DNA of 63,340 nt, the filler included, from Octopus bimaculoides (lineage: Eukaryota): the NCBI RefSeq assembly GCF_001194135.2. It is 5 parts of 5 records of this genome, joined end to end, with 100 filler letters (N's around TTAATTAATTAA, not from the genome) between each part and the next. Parts side by side here need not be neighbours in the genome. Positions count along the whole stretch, not along the records: positions 18,487 to 43,608 come from NC_068995.1; positions 43,709 to 58,122 come from NC_068994.1; 3 more parts are not named here. One strand, given 5' to 3'. The position numbers and the translations under genes are program-made. The notes beneath the pieces were generated by a model, which saw nothing but the letters and a program-made list of their open reading frames with translations, made no database searches and was not told the origin of the DNA. Shown piece after piece: positions 40,914 through 53,022 of this stretch. Position 1 is the stretch's first letter. Each line of letters begins with the position of its first letter.

Positions 40914-41842
40914 NNNNNNNNNNNNNNNNNNNNNNNNNNNNNNNNNNNNNNNNNNNNNNNNNNNNNNNNNNNNNNNNNNNNNNNNNNNNNNNNNNNNNNN
41001 NNNNNNNNNNNNNNNNNNNNNNNNNNNNNNNNNNNNNNNNNNNNNNNNNNNNNNNNNNNNNNNNNNNNNNNNNNNNNNNNNNNNNNNNNNNNNNNNNNNN
41101 NNNNNNNNNNNNNNNNNNNNNNNNNNNNNNNNNNNNNNNNNNNNNNNNNNNNNNNNNNNNNNNNNNNNNNNNNNNNNNNNNNNNNNNNNNNNNNNNNNNN
41201 NNNNNNNNNNNNNNNNNNNNNNNNNNNNNNNNNNNNNNNNNNNNNNNNNNNNNNNNNNNNNNNNNNNNNNNNNNNNNNNNNNNNNNNNNNNNNNNNNNNN
41301 NNNNNNNNNNNNNNNNNNNNNNNNNNNNNNNNNNNGGTGATGTAGTGTTGAAGAGTCACCCAGCCCACCACCAACGTTTTGTAATAATTATTGATAAATT
41401 CACAGTTCAGGGAAGAACGGAGCAAAGTCATGTATTGTAAAGTAATTAAAGAATATAAATCTTGAAAGAAAGGGAAAGAATAATTGATGCTATCCTCTCT
41501 GGCTTTTATACACATCTTTGTCTTAAGATGGCGAGTTTATTTTTACGAGGTGTGACTGGTGTGAATTTGAGAAGCTTAAGCTTGTTTGGATTGCGGGAGG
41601 GAGTTAAACGTGAAACGTTCCATATGGACGAATGAGAATAATTTTCGTTGTGTTGCGAAGAATCTTTGCGCAGTGTTATATATGTATGTCTGCGATGAAC
41701 TGGCGTCCCGTCCAGCTGGGGAACACACACGCCACAGAAACCGGGAAACCGCGCCCATGAGCCTGGCTAGGCTTTAAAAGGGCTATGTAACACACAGTGT
41801 ATTCTTTGGACTAACCGAAGTTAGTGTGTTATGGCATGTAAG

Positions 41843-42058
41843 GGCGGAGAGGTGGCACAATCGTTAGCACGCCGGGTAACATACTTAGCTGCATTTCGTC
41901 AGCCTTTACGTTCTGAGTTCAAATTCTGCCGAGGTCATCTGTGCTTTTCATCCTTTAGAGGTAGATAAATTAAGTACTAATTGAGTATTGGGATCGATGT
42001 AATTAACTAACCGTCTGATCACAAAAATTGTTGGCCTTGAGTCAAAATTAGAAATAAT
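41843..42058 (+). mobile_element. SINE family C monomer
   Basis: GGCGGAGAGGTGGCACAATCGTTAGCACGCCGGG...GTTCTGAGTTCAAATTCTGCCGAGGTC. Confidence 0.85.
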
Positions 42059-42135
42059 TATTGGTAGACGGAGTAAAAAAGTCACCAATAGTCCACGTGC
42101 AGTTACATATATAAACACATATATAGATATGCATG

Positions 42136-42167
<32 letters not shown>

Positions 42168-43378
42168 TATNNNNNNNNNNNNNNNNNNNNNNNNNNNNNN
42201 NNNNNNNNNNNNNNNNNNNNNNNNNNNNNNNNNNNNNNNNNNNNNNNNNNNNNNNNNNNNNNNNNNNNNNNNNNNNNNNNNNNNNNNNNNNNNNNNNNNN
42301 NNNNNNNNNNNNNNNNNNNNNNNNNNNNNNNNNNNNNNNNNNNNNNNNNNNNNNNNNNNNNNNNNNNNNNNNNNNNNNNNNNNNNNNNNNNNNNNNNNNN
42401 NNNNNNNNNNNNNNNNNNNNNNNNNNNNNNNNNNNNNNNNNNNNNNNNNNNNNNNNNNNNNNNNNNNNNNNNNNNNNNNNNNNNNNNNNNNNNNNNNNNN
42501 NNNNNNNNNNNNNNNNNNNNNNNNNNNNNNNNNNNNNNNNNNNNNNNNNNNNNNNNNNNNNNNNNNNNNNNNNNNNNNNNNNNNNNNNNNNNNNNNNNNN
42601 NNNNNNNNNNNNNNNNNNNNNNNNNNNNNNNNNNNNNNNNNNNNNNNNNNNNNNNNNNNNNNNNNNNNNNNNNNNNNNNNNNNNNNNNNNNNNNNNNNNN
42701 NNNNNNNNNNNNNNNNNNNNNNNNNNNNNNNNNNNNNNNNNNNNNNNNNNNNNNNNNNNNNNNNNNNNNNNNNNNNNNNNNNNNNNNNNNNNNNNNNNNN
42801 NNNNNNNNNNNNNNNNNNNNNNNNNNNNNNNNNNNNNNNNNNNNNNNNNNNNNNNNNNNNNNNNNNNNNNNNNNNNNNNNNNNNNNNNNNNNNNNNNNNN
42901 NNNNNNNNNNNNNNNNNNNNNNNNNNNNNNNNNNNNNNNNNNNNNNNNNNNNNNNNNNNNNNNNNNNNNNNNNNNNNNNNATATATATATATATATATAT
43001 ATATTGTGTGAGTGAATTCATGCACGTAGGTAACCAATATATACGAATCTAAATATATACATACAAAAATATAGATATATCATATATGCATTTGTATACA
43101 GTATATAAAGATATGTTATTCTATGGAGAAAAATATATTTATACAAATCCTTTTATTGGTTATTAGATCAATAAAACAATAGATCGATAAAGATATAGAT
43201 ATGCAAGCATATCTATCTATCTATTTATCTATATATACATGTATGTATATGTATATATATGCGTGTGTGTTTGTGTATACATATAAAATATACAATACAA
43301 TATAGTATGAAATAATATAACATACTTTTATATACAAAATATAGGTAGATAGCTAGGTAGACAAATTGATGAATTGAA

Positions 43379-43409
<31 letters not shown>

Positions 43410-43577
43410 GAGAGATAGATTGATAAATAGATAGGTAGAAAAGGATACTGATAGATATAAACAAAGATACATTCCAAGTTTTCCATTTACAAATTCGCAA
43501 AAATCTATAGGAAAGCGAATTTAGGTTAATATGTCTATCCAGAAACACAATCATATGTGTGTGTATGTCTGTGTATG

Positions 43578-43608
<31 letters not shown>

Positions 43609-43708
43609 NNNNNNNNNNNNNNNNNNNNNNNNNNNNNNNNNNNNNNNNNNNNTTAATTAATTAANNNNNNNNNNNNNNNNNNNNNNNNNNNNNNNNNNNN
43701 NNNNNNNN
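43609..43708. other. Artificial contig spacer
   Basis: 44 N + TTAATTAATTAA + 44 N. Confidence 0.95.
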
Positions 43709-43835
43709 ATATATATATATATACACACACGCATACATGCATAAGCATGTATGAAATATTGCTCAATACACTCCATCTTTCATAGGTGAGATTGTGTTGA
43801 AACCAATGTTTCTGCTTTGTGACTATTGTGTATGT

Positions 43836-43912
<77 letters not shown>

Positions 43913-44207
43913 AGTGCAGACATTTTTATGTGAACACTCACTAAAGCATACCAGCGTTGGTCAATAATGGTCGTTGTTATAAGTATGTGAGCCACGCCAC
44001 ACACACACATAGACACACACTCACACACATACACATACACTCACACACATTGATGGTAATGGTGGTGTAGAATAGTTTTATGGCTTTTGTTCACCTAGTT
44101 CTGATTATTTATCGCCATGCTGCATATATATCCTACAACAGTAGCAGTTGCAGCAGCAACAGCAGCATATAATCAGGATTCGTTATTTATATATGTATGT
44201 TTGAGGC

Positions 44208-44251
<44 letters not shown>

Positions 44252-45030
44252 NNNNNNNNNNNNNNNNNNNNNNNNNNNNNNNNNNNNNNNNNNNNNNNNN
44301 NNNNNNNNNNNNNNNNNNNNNNNNNNNNNNNNNNNNNNNNNNNNNNNNNNNNNNNNNNNNNNNNNNNNNNNNNNNNNNNNNNNNNNNNNNNNNNNNNNNN
44401 NNNNNNNNNNNNNNNNNNNNNNNNNNNNNNNNNNNNNNNNNNNNNNNNNNNNNNNNNNNNNNNNNNNNNNNNNNNNNNNNNNNNNNNNNNNNNNNNNNNN
44501 NNNNNNNNNNNNNNNNNNNNNNNNNNNNNNNNNNNNNNNNNNNNNNNNNNNNNNNNNNNNNNNNNNNNNNNNNNNNNNNNNNNNNNNNNNNNNNNNNNNN
44601 NNNNNNNNNNNNNNNNNNNNNNNNNNNNNNNNNNNNNNNNNNNNNNNNNNNNNNNNNNNNNNNNNNNNNNNNNNNNNNNNNNNNNNNNNNNNNNNNNNNN
44701 NNNNNNNNNNNNNNNNNNNNNNNNNNNNNNNNNNNNNNNNNNNNNNNNNNNNNNNNNNNNNNNNNNNNNNNNNNNNNNNNNNNNNACCTTGAAGAGAGGA
44801 AAATTAATTAAGATCACTAATATCAATTAGATAACGAATGGGATAAGAGAATTACAACAAACACCAACTTACAAATACATCAGAATCGATGAATTAGACA
44901 GAGTACAATACACAGGAATGAAAGGGAAGATCAACAAGTAACATTACAGATGCATCGGAATAACACTTAAAACTGGGCTAAATATGAAAAAAAAAACAAA
45001 TTAATAAACATCAATACTCTAGATGGGCCT

Positions 45031-45163
45031 ATTTTTTTATTCTTTTACTTGTTTCAGTCATTTGACTGCGGCCATGCTGGAGCATTATGTTTAGTCAAAC
45101 AAATCGACCCCAGGACTTATTCTTTGTAAGCCTAGTACTTCTTCTATCGGTCTCTCTTGCCGA
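45031..45163 (-). mobile_element. SINE family A, 3' tail
   Basis: TTACTTGTTTCAGTCATTTGACTGCGGCCATGCTGGAGCA...TTGTAAGCCTAGTACTT. Confidence 0.88.
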
Positions 45164-45294
45164 ATATGAATTTTATGATACTTTTCTACTAGCTGCATAA
45201 GTTAGGAGCCATGTGCAACTGGGAAACATTTATAAACAACAAGAAAAATATTTTGTAAAGAATTCTTAAAAAAACATTAAACAGGCACATTGTT

Positions 45295-45590
45295 GGTTAC
45301 AACGATAAGGGTTCCAGTTGATCCAATCAATGGAACAGCCTGCTCTTGGAACTTACTTGCAAGTGGCTGAGCACTCCACAGACACTCCTTAACTTAGGGA
45401 GATTCAGCATGACACAAAATGTGACAAGGCTGGCCCTTTGAAATATGGGTACTACTCATTTTTGTCAGCTGAGTGGATTGGAGCAACGTGAAATAAAGTG
45501 TCTTGCTCAAGGACACAACGCATCGCAGAGAATTGAACTCACGACCGTACGATCGTGAGCCGAATGATCTAACCACTGAGCCACACAGAT
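45295..45590 (-). mobile_element. SINE family B
   Basis: Reverse-complement homologue of 4167-4480 with tRNA-like head (GGCTCAGTGGTTAGATC...GTGAGTTCAATTC). Confidence 0.88.
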
Positions 45591-45653
45591 TCACTCTTAA
45601 AGAACGTGAACCGGACAAAAAAGAAATGTTTTCTGTCTTCAAGGAAACCAACA

Positions 45654-45695
<42 letters not shown>

Positions 45696-45933
45696 TATAC
45701 ATATATATATATGTATACTTACACACACACACACAGAGAATGACTGTAAGTGATTCACCATTGAGTAGCTATGTATATATTAGAAAGAAATATAGAACCA
45801 GCCAAACATGTGGTATCACTTTACTGCATGTAATTTATAATTCAAACATAATCAGAGTTTTAGTGATAAACCAGCGTGAGCACTTATCATACACACCTAT
45901 TACATGACATCATTAAATGCTACTTCATATATA

Positions 45934-45992
<59 letters not shown>

Positions 45993-45999
45993 TTATTAT

Positions 46000-46184
46000 C
46001 ATCATCATCGTTTAACGTCCACTTTCCATGGGTTGGACGATTTGACTGAGGACTGGCAAGCCAGAAGGCTGCACCAGGTTCCAATCTGATCTGGCAGAGT
46101 TTCTACAGCTGGATGCCCTTCCTAATGCCAACCACTTCGAGAGTGTAGTGGGTGCTTTTACGTGCCACCGGCACGAGGGCCAGT
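46000..46184 (-). mobile_element. (ATG)n-tailed retroelement 3' end, RTE-like
   Basis: Reverse complement GGTTGGCATTAGGAAGGGCATCCAGCTGTAGAAAC...CGTCCAACCCATG...GGACGTTAAACGATGATGATG; homologous to 49086-49258. Confidence 0.8.
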
Positions 46185-46479
46185 TACAGTATACTGTCCC
46201 TAATATATATATATAAGGTACAGTGTATATATAATTTCCATTTCCCTTTGATATGATATATATACATATATATATGTATGTATGTTTATGTATGTATGTT
46301 ATATATATATATATATAAATATATATATATGATCATTTATAGAGATGAGTATTAACATTGGAACCACATTCAGAAACAACAGTAACAGTGCAATTTAAAT
46401 GTTTTCTCTTTACCCATCATCATTACTAATAGAAAAATTACTAATTTTTCTAATAAAAATGTAATTCCTCTGCGTCTCT

Positions 46480-46800
46480 TTCAAACATTTAATTTGAAGA
46501 GAATTTTTCGATGAAGTGTACCTTCATTGCTTTTCGGAATTTTGATCATTTCTTGAATGTTCATAAAGGGAAAGATTTTGAACTTTCCTTCACCGCATAT
46601 TCCTGCTCAGTGGAATATTGTGCAATTCCTCTTGTCGGATGTGTTGGATTCTTACATGTCGGCAGAGGGAATTGTTTGTTTCACCAATGTAATTTTCCTT
46701 GCAAGTGGGGCAAGTGAAACAGTATATTAGATTCTACATCTAGCAGTTCATATCTGAATTTACTTTGAACAAGAATCCGCTCTTATATTTTATGTGGGAA
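46480..46800 (-). pseudogene. Penelope-like element GIY-YIG endonuclease remnant
   Basis: Translates NLIYCFTCPTCKENYIGETNNSLCRHVRIQHIRQ...ICGEGKFKIFPF with stops and frameshifts; LIY-x-CxxC-YIGET-xxR is the Penelope GIY-YIG signature. Confidence 0.85.
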
Positions 46801-46820
46801 CAACTTTCTAAGTATTTAAA

Positions 46821-47372
46821 GTTGTTGTTGTTGCATGTTCCACGTCTGCTATCTCCACATTCTTATACGGAAAATTCTGGAGCTCCTGGAGTCTTACATG
46901 TGTAGTGGGCTTGCTACCTGCAGCCTACAGTACCATGCTATCCGTTCTTTTCGGCTATCTAATACTTTCCTGATTATTATGGCCATGCCAAGGAGGCAAA
47001 CCTTTTGTAACAGTTCTACTGGGTACTCTATTCCAATTTCCTTTATATTCCTCTTGATGCCTTCTGATACTGATCCCAAGGACCCAACAATTATTGGCAC
47101 CATCTTCACCTTCTTCATTTTCCATTGTCAGACTATTTCGCACTTAAGAGGGTTGTATTTATCTTTTCGCCTTCCTTCTTGATTATTCGTGGGTCAAAGG
47201 GGCATACAACGTCAACTGTATATAGCATATGTGATGCACCTTGTCCACCACCACTAGGTCCAATCTGTTATGTTCTTGCACCTTTGGATTGGGAAATCCC
47301 AAAGGGTTTTGCTAGTGTCCGACTCCACCACTCTCTGCAGTTTGTGCTCATACCAAGTCTTGTCTCTCTAAC
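46821..47372 (-). pseudogene. R4/Dong-type non-LTR retrotransposon 3' end (RLE domain and 3' UTR)
   Basis: WYEHKLQRVVESDTSKTLWDFPIQ...NRLDLVVVDK...VDVVCPFDPRIIKKEGEK..KYNPLK...VPIIVGSLGSV...LQKVCLLGMAIIIRKVL with frameshifts; ends in (CAA)n. Confidence 0.9.
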
Positions 47373-47460
47373 CTGTGTGCCTTGGGTATGTGCTGTGGTT
47401 TGCTGTGATGCTCTTATGGTTACTGTATTGAAAGTGTTTTGCATAGGATGTGTGCAATTA
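47373..47460 (-). mobile_element. Extreme 3' fragment of a second R4/Dong-like element
   Basis: Translates IAHILCKTLSIQ* (equivalent to the GTAHILRKxL terminus) plus UTR; begins directly after a (CAA/TAA)n tract. Confidence 0.7.
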
Positions 47461-47869
47461 TTTTATTATCATTATCATTATTATTATTGTTGTTGTTGTT
47501 GTTAATATATTGATAACAACACCAATAATAATGTTAACATAATTGGGGGCAAATATGAGTGAAGTTATACTAGTAGTGTCGATAGAAAAATGAACAGTTT
47601 GTATGCTGTGGGAAGACTAGATAACTGACATTTGGAAGGAAGCCAGCAATTATAGAGAGAATAGAAGTTGTTTACATTCAAGTGCATGGAAACTTGATGT
47701 TGATGAGTGACAGCTGTGTGGGGAGTGGGTGGGAGTTATGAGTCCTCTTGAACTGTCCAATAGAAACTGAGATTGTTACAGTGAGTGAGTCGTTAACCTC
47801 TGGAAAAACCCAGAAGAAAACCCCAATGGGGATTTTGGTCAATATGCAAATAGTGTCTGCAGTTTTTTC

Positions 47870-48100
47870 ATTCGTTTTCACTATTAGACTGCAGCCCTGC
47901 TGCAGCAACACCTTAAAGAGTTTAATCAAATAAATCAACTCCCAGTACGTCTTTTTTTTTTCTGTTAAGTTTGGCACTTATTCTGTCAGTTTCGTTGGCC
48001 AAGCTGTTAAGTTATAAGGATGTAAAGAAACCAACACTGGTTGTGAAGTGATGGTGGGAAGGATGGGGAAACAAACAACCCAAACACAAACTCTCATACA
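47870..48100 (-). mobile_element. SINE family A, 3' half (old)
   Basis: ATTAGACTGCAGCC...GGCACTTATTCTGTC...CCAACACTGGTTGT similar to the reverse complement of the family A tail. Confidence 0.7.
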
Positions 48101-48149
48101 TATGCACACACACGCACACACACATGCACGCAAAAGAGACGGAGAGCAT

Positions 48150-48240
48150 AAGCTTACAAAGAATAAGTCCTGGAGATCGATTTGTTCGACTAAAAGCGGT
48201 GCTCCAGCATGGCCACAGTCAAATGACTGAAACAAATTTT
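48150..48240 (+). mobile_element. SINE family A, 3' tail
   Basis: GCTTACAAAGAATAAGTCCTGG...GCGGTGCTCCAGCATGGCCACAGTCAAATGACTGAAAC. Confidence 0.88.
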
Positions 48241-48255
48241 TAAAATATATGTATG

Positions 48256-48289
<34 letters not shown>

Positions 48290-48824
48290 TGTATGTAGGT
48301 ATGCATGTATAGCAGACAAAAAGTTGATTTAGAAATCCAAGCTGCATCCTCAGCACTCCTGCAAATACAAATCAACAGAGTGTATGTATATAAGTGATCA
48401 GTTTCCTTTACAGGAAATTATTCATACAAACTGGAATTCCAAGGACAATTTATTAGTTACAGAATATAATGAACCAATTGTATGGAGTTTATGATCTTTA
48501 TCATAACATTTACCATGGGAACCAGAAATGAAGTCAAAAGCATGAGCTTGAAGCAGCTGTTTTCACATGCGTTGTTTACAAGGATTTGTAAACAAAAGAA
48601 CATGAGCGTTTCCTTAAGATTTTCATTTCATGTTTCAAAAGATATTCAGACAGTGAATTCTTGAACAGAAAACCAGGCTCAGTTTACCAGTTGAAGATCA
48701 GAAATCAGAGCCTTACAGTTGTAATGTATCAAAGAATACTCTACATTTGTATTGAGTCCTATAATTTATTGCTTCTAGAAAATCAACAGAGATTTATATA
48801 GATATATATATATATATATATGTG

Positions 48825-49020
48825 TTCTTTTATTCTTTTATTCATTTCAGTCATTTGACTTGTGGCCATACTGGAGCACCACCTTTAGTCAAGCAAATCA
48901 ACCCCTGGACTTATTCTTTGTAAGCCTAGTACTTATTCTATCTGTCTCTTATTGCCGAACTGCTAAGTTGCAGGGACGTAAATACACCAGCATCGGTTCT
49001 CAAGCGATGTTTGGGGTAGA
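48825..49020 (-). mobile_element. SINE family A, 3' half
   Basis: TTTCAGTCATTTGAC...GGACTTATTCTTTGTAAGCCTAGTACTTATTCTATC...GGACGTAAA. Confidence 0.88.
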
Positions 49021-49085
49021 AGTAGTCATGTAACACATAGGTGGTGGCTTCAAATCTCTTCTAGAAATTACAAGAGATCTAGTTA

Positions 49086-49258
49086 AAAATTTTTCACTAC
49101 ACTCTCGGAGTGGTTGGCATTAGGAAGGGCATCCAGCTGTAGAAACATTGCCAGATCAGATTGGAGCTTAGCGCAGCCTACTGGCTTACCAGTCTCCAGT
49201 CCAACGGTCCAACCCATGCCAGCATGGAAAACGGATGTTAAACGATGATGATGATGAT
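49086..49258 (+). mobile_element. (ATG)n-tailed retroelement 3' end, RTE-like
   Basis: CACTACACTCTCGGAGTGGTTGGCATTAGGAAGGGCATCCAGCTGTAGAAAC...GTTAAACGATGATGATG. Confidence 0.82.
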
Positions 49259-49281
49259 GGTATATATATATGTACTCACAC

Positions 49282-49332
<51 letters not shown>

Positions 49333-49789
49333 GCACATGAACTATACAGAGAGAGAGAGAGAAAGAGAGAAAGAGGAGAAAGGAAAGATGAACATGAGAA
49401 AGAAAAAACAGATTCTCTGAGATGGAAGTTTAAAATGATAATTGAATGATAATTAGAACCATTCGTTTTACAGTTTTACAAACATTTAAAATCTATTCAA
49501 ACAGGGCGAGAAAAAAGTCTCCCACTTTTGTTGTTACTGTTGTTGTTGTTGTTGCCATTGTGGTTGTTGGTCTTGTTTTGGGTGTTGTTGTTGTTGTTGT
49601 TGTTGTTGTTACTTCAGAAGCATTTCAAATTAGTTTTCATGGCCCCCCCTCCCCACCTTACTCCACACTCCTTAATAAATGCAACTTTTGTAAGAAACTT
49701 CAAGCCCCATTAGCATCTAATTCGTTCCAGTAGTGTAATCTACGCTGACTGCTCCTGCTGCTTTCAGCTGTGAAACTGTCATCAGTCAT

Positions 49790-49998
49790 TCACTTGACAA
49801 TCTCAGTTGAGGTTGATTTCACAACCTCCCCCATCTTCATCTCATGATTGTGCACTGCATCACCAAGGTTAACAAGCTCTGAAGTTGGACCTGGTGTGAT
49901 GGGAGCTGAATCGAATGTCGTCATTCTACTGTTAACTGTCGTTCTCTGAGGAATTTTGAATTTGATGGAATTTATTAGTCGTGTAAATGACATCCAGG
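49790..49998 (-). CDS. Terminal coding exon of an unidentified gene: (A)WMSFTRLINSIKFKIPQR...STSTEIVK*
   Basis: Acceptor ttattatgttacatcag at 50000-49999, phase 1, then 68 codons of normal-complexity sequence to TGA at 49792-49790. Confidence 0.65.
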
Positions 49999-50012
49999 CT
50001 GATGTAACATAA

Positions 50013-50215
50013 TAAGCACCCAAGCTGGTTCCATGTCAAAAGTACTGGTGTTGGTGCCACGTATAAAGTACTCATGCCGACATCACATGTAAAGCATCCA
50101 TGCTGGTTCAACATGGAAAGCACCAATGCTTGTGCCACATAAAAACGTTGGTCCTGTCAACCGTCCTACTCATGCATGCAAGGAAGATGGGCACTAAACA
50201 ATGATGATGATGATG

Positions 50216-50217
<2 letters not shown>
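50013..50217 (+). mobile_element. Degraded (ATG)n-tailed RTE-like 3' end
   Basis: Repeated GTGCCAC.TAAAA units and CCTGTCAACCGTCC...AAACAATGATGATG tail like 49086-49258. Confidence 0.6.
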
Positions 50218-50254
<37 letters not shown>

Positions 50255-50292
50255 TACACACACACATATATATATATATATACATATACATA

Positions 50293-50446
50293 CGATGGGC
50301 TTCTTTCAGTTTCCATCTATCAAATCCACTCACAAGGTTTTGGTCGGCCCGAGGCTATAGTAGAAGACACTTACCCAAGGTGCCACGCAGTGAGACTGAA
50401 CCCGGAACCATGTTGTTGGGAAGACAAGCTTCTTACCACACAGCCA
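50293..50446 (-). mobile_element. SINE family A, 5' part
   Basis: Reverse complement matches the 61244 head. Confidence 0.9.
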
Positions 50447-51021
50447 TGTCTGTATATGTATACAAACTTATATAACTGGTAGAGAGAGAGAGAATTAAAA
50501 TTTTCTTTTGTTTACTCTCTGAAAAGAATGCTATTATTTACGGTGCATTTCCTATCACTGATCTGCTCTGCTGTACAAATTTAAATGGTTCAATAAGGCT
50601 ATGCTTACACTCCAATAATAATAATTATTATAATAATAACAAGCATCAATCACTAGAAGGAGAGTGTTGTCATGGGAACATAGACAATGTATTTTGCCAC
50701 TCAAGAAATATTTATTATTCATTCATTATTTCATAACAAATAAAAACAAAAAACAAAAAACATGAAAATCATGGTAGGAACTTATTTCAGCTCACCTTCA
50801 TTGTTTTATATTTCAGTTGCCTCTCTAGTATCTACGACTGCACTATCTGTCCTGCCAAATTAAACATGACTATCGATTGCTTTTGATTATTAGAATGGCT
50901 ACCGAAGTCTGTGAAGCCAGCTACTCGTACATTTGTCTAGCCGTTTCAGTTATAGCACCCTCTTGCCAATTGATCCTTTTGTTGAAAAAAAAAACAAAAA
51001 AAAAACAATCTAAAGCTATTA

Positions 51022-51060
<39 letters not shown>

Positions 51061-51144
51061 ATTTTTTATTCCTGGCTGGCTTCATAACGAAATTGAAATA
51101 GTACTATATTCTTAAATATCTGTTTGCATTCACCTGTAACTGAC

Positions 51145-51237
51145 CTAGTGCGAGATGGTTGGAATAGATGCTGTGTGACATGAGAGATGAGAGAATTTCG
51201 GTGGCATCAAATACACAAGAGAAACTATGCTTAATGT
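51145..51237 (-). CDS. Internal exon of the same gene: (D)IKHSFSCVFDATEILSSLMSHSIYSNHLAL
   Basis: Acceptor ttggttccag, donor AG/gtcagt, 93 nt, phase 1-1, only this frame is open; joins in frame to 49998. Confidence 0.62.
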   Translation of the reverse strand, partial: TLSIVSLVYLMPPKFSHLSCHTASIPTISH

Positions 51238-51704
51238 CTGGAACCAACCAGAATTTTGTGATGTGGTTTTTTTTTTTTTTCCTTTATTCTCAATTTCAAA
51301 ACAAACCATTATCTTTGGAAGTATTTCACCTCATGTGATATATTACACTGAGAAATATTATCAAGAGAGAATTATTTAGGTTACATTCTTTGAGGCATTT
51401 TTTCGGTCATATTCGGATATTTAATGATTCATTTGTTTCTTTTTATTCTTTGTCTGGTTTCAGTCACTAAACTGTGGCCAAGCTGGGGCACTGCTGCCAT
51501 CAAGGATTTTAGACAATCATATCAATCCCAGTGCTTAACCTCAATGTGGTACTTATTTTATCCAACCCCGTTTGTTGAACCACTAGGTTATATATCATAA
51601 AGAGACACAAACACAAACACGATACTGGTTATCAGGTTTAAACCCAGACACACACATATACATGTACATAAGTACACGTACACACATTTATACACGTGAT
51701 ATAT

Positions 51705-51738
<34 letters not shown>

Positions 51739-51979
51739 TATATATATGCATATATACACACACACATACCGTGGCTTTCTACAGTTTCCATCTACAAATT
51801 CTATCCACAAAGCAGAAGAGACTTGCCAGAAGTTCTGTCAATTGGTCCTGGATCTGGAACTATGGAATCATGAACTGATCTTCTGGATCACGGAATTACA
51901 CCTACCTAATTTATTCAATAATATTTTTTTAAAAAACAGCAGATTTTTGTATTTTCCAGTTTTCTATGGACTATTTTAC

Positions 51980-52070
51980 CTCTGTTCATCTTTATCCAAA
52001 GCTGGACTTTAAAACTGTTAATCAGATTTAAAGCATAATCTTTCAATGGATCTGGATTATTAATTAATAA
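51980..52070 (-). CDS. Internal exon: LLINNPDPLKDYALNLINSFKVQLWIKMNR
   Basis: Donor AGAG/gtaaaa, phase 1; acceptor either caatcag (exon start 52070) or gtgcag (exon start 52100), both phase 0 and in frame. Confidence 0.58.
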
Positions 52071-52152
52071 CTGATTGCTCAAGATGATAAAACTTTTATT
52101 CTGCACTTGGGCATAACCCTCACTTTTGTTCCTTATGGATTTGTTTACTTAC

Positions 52153-52202
52153 CTTCAATTTAATGGATTTGTATCTCACCTTTGCTATCGATTTACAAGT
52201 CG
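52153..52202 (-). CDS. Probable internal exon: TCKSIAKVRYKSIKLK
   Basis: Strong donor AAG/gtaagt, acceptor ttgaccag, 50 nt, phase 1-0; compatible with the next exon across an 82-nt intron. Confidence 0.45.
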
Positions 52203-52965
52203 CTGGTCAATAACTTTTACAGAGAAAGAAACCAATACGTTTCTATATCTCTCCACTACAAATGTTAACAGTTTGTCATTTCACTAAAATAATAACTACT
52301 TTACCATGTGAATATAAAGATTTTAAAATATTGCTACACAATGATAACAGCTATTAAATGAAATTAAATCCCTTTTTTTATGGATTTCAATGAAAAACGG
52401 TGTGTATGGTTTCAAAGGAATTTTCTAATCAAAATAAATATCATTACCAATATTAAATCAAGAATCTCCTGCATTTTAGTGCTATTTCATTAAAGGGTGT
52501 GATATTTTTTTGACACATCTTTAAAAATTGAATGAAAATTCTTGAACATGTTTTTGCTACTCAGGAAGATTTAAGTTCCTTCACAAAACTGTTATCCCTT
52601 TATATGTGAGATTTGTGAATATTTCTGTATATTTTTTTAACTTTTGCCTCGCAGTTGCTTATTTATAATTTAAATACAAATATATATGAATAGATTTATA
52701 TGAGAATGTCTATACATTACACAAATATTGATCTACATCAATATATTTACATTTATTTAGAGAGATTGATGCATAATTATAGATCGATCAACTTATACAA
52801 GACGATCAATTACAAATATAATCGTACCCTGTCAAACATTCTCCTCTCCCTTCCATACTTGTACACATACATTTGTGTTTCCTACCAAACCATGTACATA
52901 GATATATATATGTATTTATATATAGATATAGATATATATATGTATTTATACATGCATTCTCTTAC

Positions 52966-53022
52966 GTCTGGTTTGAGTGATTGGGAAATAAAAAATTAAA
53001 ACCAATGTGTAGCAAAAGCCAG
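52966..53022 (-). CDS. Possible hydrophobic exon: (A)GFCYTLVLIFYFPITQTR
   Basis: Acceptor ctgtcctaaatag, donor AC/gtaaga, 57 nt, phase 1-1; symmetric phase so compatibility is weak evidence. Confidence 0.3.

Noticed and set aside
50786-50830. Strong minus-strand donor AAG/gtgagc with a 36-nt phase 0-0 candidate exon (ILERQLKYKTMK)
   Set aside because: Poor acceptor and incompatible with the phase-1 chain of neighbouring exons.
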